Positions 25,760 through 32,537 of a stretch of 32,537 nucleotides of DNA are shown here, one piece after another. Each line of letters begins with the position of its first letter. Positions within the stretch are counted from its first letter, which is position 1. The stretch covers positions 1 to 32,537 of the forward strand of contig PBVU01000062.1 of the NCBI GenBank assembly GCA_002728775.1, given 5' to 3'. Both the position numbers and the translations under genes were made by a program. Source of the DNA: Verrucomicrobiales bacterium. GTDB taxonomy: Bacteria > Verrucomicrobiota > Verrucomicrobiia > Limisphaerales > UBA1100. The notes below the pieces were generated by a model. The model did no database searches. It was not told the origin of the DNA and saw nothing but the letters and a program-made list of their open reading frames with translations.

Positions 25760-27709
25760 GTGGATTTTTGGGTCCATCGCGAGGGGGTAAATTACGGTCC
25801 ATTCACTGCCGACCAGTTGCAGGCCGGGCTGGCGTCCGGAAATTTGTTGCCCACGGATTTCTGCAAGCGGGCCGACCAGGCCGATTGGTCCACCGTGGCT
25901 GCCTGTCTGCCCTCGCCGAAGCCCCAGCCTGAGCCGGAAGCCGCACCCGCCGGACCTTCTCTTTTGCCCGCCTACATTGGCGCGGCGGTTATTCTTGGTG
26001 GCCTTGTGGCCGGCTGGTGGCTTGTGCGAGATGAAACCCACATGCCGGTGCCCGCGCCGCCCAAGGCGGCCACCCAAACCGACAACACGACCAACGCCTC
26101 GCCCAAGCCGGCCACCAACCGTGTCCAAACCGCCAAGGCCGAACGGCTTCCCCGATCCGTGCCCGGTCATTCGCGACACATTCCCACCAACGCTCTCGCC
26201 GTGTTGACCCTTCATGCCGAGGATCTCCTGCGCAAGGCTGGACACGAACAACCGCTGGATATCCCCCTGCTGGCCGGACACAAGGAGGCCATTGCGGAAA
26301 TGAGCCCTTTCCTGTCCGGGTTGTTGCGCGATCCCGAGTCCACGGGCATTGATTTCAAACAACCGCTGCACCTGTTCCTCCAGCATCATCCACCCGAGGG
26401 TGTGGAGGCCCCGGGCTTTTCACCTCTACTTGGCGTGGTGGCCGCCGTGGCTGACGCCAACACGGTCGAGGGTGCCATGGCCGAGGTCATCGAACTGCGC
26501 CTCGGCGGCTTCGGGCGGCAGATGATGGATTCGCTTAAGGTCGAGAACGGCTGGCGCATTTTAAATACCAACCGGCTACCTCTGGCCTTTGCCTTCAGTG
26601 ACGATGCCCTTGTGCTTGTGCTGCGGGAAAACCCGCGGCCCGGCGAATCACTGGCGAAGCCGCTACTAGCCGCTCTGGAATCTGACGGGGGACTGCCCGG
26701 CGCACACTTGGATTTCAAGCGGCACCTGACCGAATGGACGGACGCCGCCTTGTGGTGGGATGCCCTCCGCACCCGCACCGTGCTGACCCAGACCGATGCC
26801 AGTCTGCACGCACTGATATCCGGCCTCACCTCCGCGCCCACGCTTTCCGCCGGTGTATTCTTTGATGAAGGCGAGGCGGTCTTCTCCTTTCACCAGCAGG
26901 AACCCGGCCCGGCCATCCTGAAATCCAACGGCCTGCCCGAGTCGTTGACCGGTCTGGTCTCGGCCAATGCCGTCTTGGCCGGCGGACTCTCACTGGACAT
27001 GACTGCCATTCGAGAACGACTTGCCGGGTTGCCCGCGCAAATCGGGGCACAATTCGACCTGACGCCGGAACGAATTGACGAGATTCTGCACGCCGCCACC
27101 GGGCTAACTTGGAAACAACTGCTCGACCTGCCCGCGGGCGACGCACTGGCCGTGGTGCCCGAGTTGCGCCAAGGCACTGAAGGAGACTTGCGGCCCGCGT
27201 TGATTTTGGCCGTCAACCTCGCCAGTTCCAACCTGGGCAGCCGCCTGCTGGAACAACTCGAATCCACCGGCGTCGCTCAGGCGTTGTCCGCGCAAAATCT
27301 CGTGCTGATTTTAAAGGACGACCAGTTGTTCCTCACCACATTTGAGCAGCAGGTGACCGCGCAACTGGGCAAGGTGACCAATCCCGTGGCAGGCGTGCGG
27401 AAGGAAATGCTTCAGGCCGGTGGCTTGGCCGGCTGGCTGGACGTGGCGAGCGTCCGAAATGCCGTGCAATCCCTCGATGCTTCACCGGCCCTGCTGGAAG
27501 CCATGGATGCCTTCAAGGAAGCACGCTTCACCGGCGCCAACAGCGATGGCGGGCTCCGCCTGGAACTCGCCTTCAAGCTGGCGGATCCCGAGGCAGGCAG
27601 CTTGGCTGCCTCGCTGGATCTCGCCGCCGAACTTACCACCTTGGCCTCGCCCGCGCCCTCCGCCGCCGTGCCTGCACCCGCGCCGCCCACCATCGACACG
27701 CCGGAATAA
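25760..27709 (+). CDS. GYF_2 domain, single TM and large extracytoplasmic DUF4836/DUF3352-like domain
   Basis: N-terminal FWVHREGVNYGPFT..QL...L.SG.L.PTD......W, TM YIGAAVILGGLVAGWWLV, then HIPTNALAVL...LLRKAG and LLRDPESTGIDFKQPLHLF. Start at GTG 25760 inferred. The DUF assignment is tentative. Confidence 0.75.
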   Translation: MDFWVHREGVNYGPFTADQLQAGLASGNLLPTDFCKRADQADWSTVAACLPSPKPQPEPEAAPAGPSLLPAYIGAAVILGGLVAGWWLVRDETHMPVPAPPKAATQTDNTTNASPKPATNRVQTAKAERLPRSVPGHSRHIPTNALAVLTLHAEDLLRKAGHEQPLDIPLLAGHKEAIAEMSPFLSGLLRDPESTGIDFKQPLHLFLQHHPPEGVEAPGFSPLLGVVAAVADANTVEGAMAEVIELRLGGFGRQMMDSLKVENGWRILNTNRLPLAFAFSDDALVLVLRENPRPGESLAKPLLAALESDGGLPGAHLDFKRHLTEWTDAALWWDALRTRTVLTQTDASLHALISGLTSAPTLSAGVFFDEGEAVFSFHQQEPGPAILKSNGLPESLTGLVSANAVLAGGLSLDMTAIRERLAGLPAQIGAQFDLTPERIDEILHAATGLTWKQLLDLPAGDALAVVPELRQGTEGDLRPALILAVNLASSNLGSRLLEQLESTGVAQALSAQNLVLILKDDQLFLTTFEQQVTAQLGKVTNPVAGVRKEMLQAGGLAGWLDVASVRNAVQSLDASPALLEAMDAFKEARFTGANSDGGLRLELAFKLADPEAGSLAASLDLAAELTTLASPAPSAAVPAPAPPTIDTPE

Positions 27710-27748
27710 GCTTCTCCATCCCGCGCCGGTTCTGGCAGACTGCGGCTC

Positions 27749-29377
27749 GTGCAATCCAAGGAAACAAGCCGATGGATGCGGCAGCGTGGTGGTGTTGGCA
27801 TGGCCGCGGGCATCATCCTGTCGGTGCTGATGCTGGCCGGCATCATTGCCTGGCTCTTGCTGCGCCCGGAACACCGACCCCGTCGCGAGACGGGCTCCAT
27901 TCTTCCAGCCGATGCCGTCATGGTGTTTTCCATTCAGCCCGGCAAACTGATCAATAAGGCCGGCCTGCCGGATTTGCTCCGAGACAATATCGACCTTCTG
28001 GGCGGCGCGGGCATGATGATTGACCCGAACCAGATCGCCTCGTTCGCGGACATCACCCGGCTGGGCATCCGCGACGACAAGCCGGTACTCCTGTTCATGC
28101 AACCGGGTGACATGGGGTTTGTCATGGGCCTAGTCTTTCCGCTCATCAACCGCGATGCGTTTGAGAAAGGTATCCAGGAAAACCTGCCGGGCGAATTGGG
28201 CGACCAGATCATCAAGCAGATGACCGAGGAACAAGGCCTGCGCGGCATCTTTCGTGGACGCGAGCCCATCGCGTTTGGGTATGACGACAACTCGCTGCTG
28301 ATTCTCGTGGAGGAAAACAGCCGAGGCGATGACCTGGGCCCGCGAGTGCACAAGCTATTCGCGCAGGAAAACGGACTGGCCGAGGCGCGACCGGCCTTTC
28401 GAAAATTCATGGAGAAAGGCGACGACTTGGGCCTGTGGATGGACCTCGATGCCGCGGGCGAGTTGATCCCCTCGGAATTCGCAGCCCTGTTCAGCAGCAC
28501 CCCCTATTTTCCCAAGGGCGAGCAAACCATCAGTTGGCGCTTTGAGCCGGGTGAACTGCTGATGGAACAAGTCGTGATCGGCGGCGACGCTCTTCCCCTG
28601 CGGCCCGTGGATCCCTCCCTTCTTGATGTCATACCCGCCAACGCCGTGTTGACCGCCGTGGGCGGCATTGACCTCGCCGAGGTGGACAAGCAGGTCTCCA
28701 GCCTTTTAAAGGACAGCAGCCGGCTTGCTGATATACTACCCGAGGACATTCCCTTGGAGAAGGTTCAGGAATTCATCGAGAACCTCACCGGCGGCGATGA
28801 GCTGGACCTGAACGAACAACTCACCGGCGACCTCGCCCTGGCGCTGACTGACTTTGAACTCAAGGAAGCCCTTTTCATCAAGGTGCCCCTCCCCCGGCTT
28901 TACTTGGCCGGTGCCTTCAAGACCCGCGAGGGCGCGGACATGGAGGCGTTGACGCGGCAGTTCAAGATTGGGGAAACCGTTGGACTGGAGGCCTTTGCCG
29001 GGGATGATCGCATCCACCTTGCCTCCCCCAAGTTCCGTGAGTCGCTGGAAGAATCTGGGGCCGTGCCCGAGCCCGTCACCGGCCCGGCCCGCAACCAGCT
29101 CACCACCCCCAGCGCAGCCATGGCATTGAACTTTCCCCGCCTCGCCCGCGTGCTGGAAAAATTTCCCGAAGCCGCCCCGGCCATCCCTCTGCTGGATCGA
29201 ATGGGCACCTTCACCGCCACCATCCACACCCAGTCCGACGCCTCTCGTTTCACCTTTCGCCTGACGATGCAGGACCGGAAAACTAATGTCCTCCGCCAAG
29301 TCATCGAGCTGATAATGAATCCATCCACCTCGGATCCGCTCGAAGAGGATGCGGACGGGAATTCCCTGCCCGATTAA
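27749..29377 (+). CDS. Membrane-anchored DUF4836/DUF3352-like protein, paralog of the upstream gene
   Basis: One N-terminal TM, then ILPADAVMVF...LINKAG, LGIRDDKPVLLF, DLGLWMDL, LLDVIPANAV and LTGDLALAL, in the same order as matching blocks in 25760-27709. Confidence 0.78.
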   Translation: MQSKETSRWMRQRGGVGMAAGIILSVLMLAGIIAWLLLRPEHRPRRETGSILPADAVMVFSIQPGKLINKAGLPDLLRDNIDLLGGAGMMIDPNQIASFADITRLGIRDDKPVLLFMQPGDMGFVMGLVFPLINRDAFEKGIQENLPGELGDQIIKQMTEEQGLRGIFRGREPIAFGYDDNSLLILVEENSRGDDLGPRVHKLFAQENGLAEARPAFRKFMEKGDDLGLWMDLDAAGELIPSEFAALFSSTPYFPKGEQTISWRFEPGELLMEQVVIGGDALPLRPVDPSLLDVIPANAVLTAVGGIDLAEVDKQVSSLLKDSSRLADILPEDIPLEKVQEFIENLTGGDELDLNEQLTGDLALALTDFELKEALFIKVPLPRLYLAGAFKTREGADMEALTRQFKIGETVGLEAFAGDDRIHLASPKFRESLEESGAVPEPVTGPARNQLTTPSAAMALNFPRLARVLEKFPEAAPAIPLLDRMGTFTATIHTQSDASRFTFRLTMQDRKTNVLRQVIELIMNPSTSDPLEEDADGNSLPD

Positions 29378-29439
29378 ACCCATTTCGGGGCATGCCATCG
29401 GGACTCGACACGATGAAAACATCGTGGAAGAATAACATC

Positions 29440-30261
29440 ATGAAAATCACCCCCAAAAAACACAGACAACGCAACTGGGCCTTTACCTTGGTGGAAGCCC
29501 TTCCCCCCGTCGGGCTGGCTGGTCTGATCGGCGTCATGGGCGCAACGGTTCTGCCTGCGCTGTCCAAGGCCAAAATGAGGGCCAACCGCATGAAGTGCAC
29601 ATTCAACATGAAGCAAGTCGCGGTGGCTTTTTTGGGTTTTGCCTATGAAAACAATGAAAGATATCCGTGGCTGTTACCGGAGGGCCGAGTACAAGAAGCT
29701 GGCTTTGGCAACGGTGCCGCCTATGAAACCACCACGCTATTCTCACATCCGGCGATCAAGAGGGAATTGCAAACTCCAAAGATATTGCATTCCCCGCTGG
29801 ACGACGATAGGGCGGCCGGAAATGAGATCCTTCAAGAAAACTGGGCGCAAGTATCGGTTGCCAATCCCATGAGGAACGATGCCCACAGCTACGGCGTCTC
29901 CGTGGGCAGCCCCACGGCAAAGGGCGCGGATGCCTTAAGGCCGTCAAACATCCTGGCCATGACTCGCAACATCTCCGGCCCCATCAACGGACAAGACAGC
30001 CTGAGCGACCAAAAGGACAACGAACCCGGCAATATCAATGCATTGAAGTTTGCCACTTGGAAGGGAGCCGACAAACATCCCGTTGACCCTCGAGCCATAG
30101 CGCAACTAGACACAGGTCAGGGGCAGCTTGTCACAAGCGACGGCGCGGCCAGGCAATCCAACGACGCCGGTCTGGTGCAAAACATCAAGGCCCATGCCAC
30201 CGCAATCGGCGGACACTACAAGGGAACCCCCTCGGGCATCATCGACACCCCGAACGACTGA
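29440..30261 (+). CDS. Prepilin-type N-terminal cleavage/methylation domain protein (PVC-group pilin-like)
   Basis: Basic leader, A|FTLVE, LPALSKAKMRANRMKC..NMKQV...F..FA......YPW and C-terminal GQLVTSDG. Alternative ATGs at 29392 and 29413. Confidence 0.85.
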   Translation: MKITPKKHRQRNWAFTLVEALPPVGLAGLIGVMGATVLPALSKAKMRANRMKCTFNMKQVAVAFLGFAYENNERYPWLLPEGRVQEAGFGNGAAYETTTLFSHPAIKRELQTPKILHSPLDDDRAAGNEILQENWAQVSVANPMRNDAHSYGVSVGSPTAKGADALRPSNILAMTRNISGPINGQDSLSDQKDNEPGNINALKFATWKGADKHPVDPRAIAQLDTGQGQLVTSDGAARQSNDAGLVQNIKAHATAIGGHYKGTPSGIIDTPND

Positions 30262-30264
30262 GGG

Positions 30265-32004
30265 CTATTCGCCGCGAATCCAGTCGACAATCTTCTCCAT
30301 CTGCCGGCGGGAAAGTTGGCCGTCCGCGCCAAAGGCAGGCATGCGGTCGTTATCCTTGCCATAGAAGCGGGCTTGGCCGGGATCATGCACAATGCCCAGC
30401 ATCCACTCACGCGAACCATAGCCGGTGAGATCCGGCGCCTTGGGCTTGCCAGACCGTCCGAGGGTATGGCAGTCGGTGCATGCCAGATCGCCCTTGATCA
30501 ACTCGCGCCCTTCCTCAATCAACGCACCATCCTTGGCATCAACCTCCGTCTGGCCGGGCAACGCGGCCTCGGCGGATAGAGCGGCGGCAATCTTCCGAAC
30601 GTCCTCCTTGCCCAGTTCATCGAGGTCAGAGAATTCATCCTCCAGAAATCCCATCATTTTGCCGCCCGCATGCTCGGTGTTTCCGAAGAATTTCGGGCTG
30701 TCAAAACTGTCGGGATTCAGCAGCTCGGTGATATACTCGCGGCTGGCAAAGCCCTTGAGGTCCGGCGCGGACTGTTCATTGGCCAGCTTGCCACCCAAGC
30801 CGTCATGCCCGCCATAGGCATGGCAACTGGCGCAGTGCTGGGCAAAGAGCTTGGGTCCGGTTTCATCCTGCGAACGCAACAACGCCAGTGCCCCCGAGGG
30901 CGGGATGCCCTGTTCCTTGGCCAGCTTCTTGACCAACGCAGCATCGGCTTCGGCCTTGGCCATGTCGGAGCGGTACTTGGGATCATTCCGATCCTGATCC
31001 ACCGCCAGCCAGGTGAGTGCGCCCGCGCCAACCAAGACGGTCACAAGCAGGCCGATGTTAAAGCGGTGACCCAGTTCCCATTTGCCAATGACGGGCATAA
31101 GCACCACGAGGGCCATCACCACGCCGGGAATGAGGAAGGCACCGACGAATTGCGGAACATATTTCAGCAACTGGAAGAGAGACAGGAAATACCAGTCCGG
31201 CCGGGCCTGGTAGGCGCTGGCGGGATCGGCGGGGGCATCAAGGTGCGCGCCGTGATTTCGGATGACGAAGAAAAGCACGACGGCCAACACGGCGAGGCAG
31301 GCAACGCCATCCTTTAACACCTGTTCCGGCCAGAAAAATTCATCCTTGCCACGGGCAGGTTCCTTGGCCTTCACGCCGTGCCGGCGGAAGAGGTAAATGT
31401 GGCCGGCAGTGAGGGCGATGACCGCGGCAGGCAGCACACCCGCGTGCAGCGCAAAGAATCGCGTAAGCGTGTGATGGCCGTAGTCATGCCCGCCAATGAC
31501 CACCTGCCGGAGCCATTCGCCGATGAGCGGAGTGCTGGCCATGATATCCGTCGCCACGCTGGTGGCCCAGTAGCCCTTCTGGTCCCACGGCAGGAGATAA
31601 CCGGTGAGCGACAGGGCCAGCACCAGTTGCAGCAGGATGATGCCAAACCAGAAATTGACCTCGCGGGGAGCCTTGTAGGCGCCATCGATGACCACCTGCA
31701 TGAGGTGCAGCACCAACAGCACGGTCATGATCTGCGCCGTCCAATGGTGCAGGCCGCGCAGGAACCAGCCGCCGGCCATCTCATGCTGGATGTACCAGAC
31801 GCTTTCCCAAGCGGTCTGGGTGCTGGGGCTATAGGCCATCCACAAGGCGATGCCGGTGATAAACTGGATGCCCAGTGCAAACATGAGCGTGCTGCCCCAG
31901 ACATAGCGCCAGCGCGAACCGCCGGGAATGTTCTCATAGAGCACCTCCCTGATGAGATCGCGGATGCCCGTACGATGATCCAGCCAGTCAATCAATGCTT
32001 TCAT
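30265..32004 (-). CDS. Cytochrome b (b6 plus subunit IV-like) fused to a diheme cytochrome c
   Basis: Heme b ligands in GLHHW...VLHLMQV and ALHAG...AGHIY. Motifs TGYLLPWDQKGYWA and PDWY. C-terminal CASCH and CTDCH. Confidence 0.94.
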   Translation of the reverse strand: MKALIDWLDHRTGIRDLIREVLYENIPGGSRWRYVWGSTLMFALGIQFITGIALWMAYSPSTQTAWESVWYIQHEMAGGWFLRGLHHWTAQIMTVLLVLHLMQVVIDGAYKAPREVNFWFGIILLQLVLALSLTGYLLPWDQKGYWATSVATDIMASTPLIGEWLRQVVIGGHDYGHHTLTRFFALHAGVLPAAVIALTAGHIYLFRRHGVKAKEPARGKDEFFWPEQVLKDGVACLAVLAVVLFFVIRNHGAHLDAPADPASAYQARPDWYFLSLFQLLKYVPQFVGAFLIPGVVMALVVLMPVIGKWELGHRFNIGLLVTVLVGAGALTWLAVDQDRNDPKYRSDMAKAEADAALVKKLAKEQGIPPSGALALLRSQDETGPKLFAQHCASCHAYGGHDGLGGKLANEQSAPDLKGFASREYITELLNPDSFDSPKFFGNTEHAGGKMMGFLEDEFSDLDELGKEDVRKIAAALSAEAALPGQTEVDAKDGALIEEGRELIKGDLACTDCHTLGRSGKPKAPDLTGYGSREWMLGIVHDPGQARFYGKDNDRMPAFGADGQLSRRQMEKIVDWIRGE

Positions 32005-32023
32005 GCGCGTGTCTTGGCCCTGG

Positions 32024-32537
32024 TCAGGCGGGAATTTTCTTGGATGTATTGGTCTTGAAACGCACGTACTTCACCCACACCTCGCCAGACTGGGCCAGCT
32101 TGTCGGCGTCCACCTCCAGCTCGTCCATCGGGCGCGGCGGTGTGGTGTTCAACGCCTCGCCGGACAGTTTAAAATTGCTGTTGTGACAGGGGCAGTAAAA
32201 GTCGTTTTCCTTCTCGCGAAAATCCACAAAGCAGCCGAGATGCGGACAAATCGTGCTGAACGCGGTGACGTGGTCCGCCGCCTTCATCGCGGGGCTGTCC
32301 TCGTCCGACGCCCAGTTGGCGCCGCCCTCAAGTTTCTCCCGCAGCAACCAGACTGCGCCCACCACACCCTCAGATCGGCTCCACTTGTCGCGCTTTTCCG
32401 CCACCACCGGCACCATAACGGGCTTGCCCGGCTCCAAATCCTTCAAGTTGGCCAGCCGCGTGAAGCCCCCACCATCGCCGCGCTCGCGCCCGATGGGATC
32501 CAAGGCCACCCGCACAGCCGCCAAGGCCGGCACCAAG
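32024..32537 (-). CDS. Rieske 2Fe-2S protein of a cytochrome bc complex, 5' end outside window
   Basis: CPHLGC and CPCHNS boxes, PPRPMD. Lies 19 nt upstream of the cytochrome b gene. Confidence 0.94.
   Translation of the reverse strand, partial: LVPALAAVRVALDPIGRERGDGGGFTRLANLKDLEPGKPVMVPVVAEKRDKWSRSEGVVGAVWLLREKLEGGANWASDEDSPAMKAADHVTAFSTICPHLGCFVDFREKENDFYCPCHNSNFKLSGEALNTTPPRPMDELEVDADKLAQSGEVWVKYVRFKTNTSKKIPA

Noticed and set aside
1-32537. tRNA, rRNA, riboswitch, prophage or defence genes
   Set aside because: Intergenic gaps are short and none showed recognisable RNA gene structure. No phage or defence protein motifs were recognised, though a covariance-model search was not possible.

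Overview
High-GC bacterial chromosomal window, densely coding, with 23 supportable CDS. No rRNA, tRNA, CRISPR array, transposase or integrase was seen. Gene content points to Verrucomicrobiota (inference from the Amuc_1098-1101-like pilus cluster, GYF_2 proteins, a FTLVE...LPALSKAK pilin-like gene and a cytochrome b-diheme c fusion). Housekeeping genes are murQ (partial), waaA, a stand-alone 5'-3' exonuclease, murJ, folA, thyA, tsaC/sua5, trpD, aroK, ptsI, a sugar-phosphate nucleotidyltransferase and a Rieske/cytochrome bc pair (Rieske partial). The most unusual part is a type IV pilus-like assembly operon: PilM-PilN fusion, Amuc_1100-like, Amuc_1099-like and a TPR-secretin. Its PilN half carries an insertion of about 430 aa made of three beta-rich repeats and a minimal LRR-like module, and the operon runs directly into a flap endonuclease gene. 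Other notable items are an ion transporter with a long exported Pro/Thr stalk bearing N-glycosylation-type sequons, two tandem membrane-anchored paralogs followed by an atypical pilin, a heptamer-built inverted repeat between convergent genes, and signs of leaderless promoters. All family assignments come from motif recognition by eye; no searches were run.
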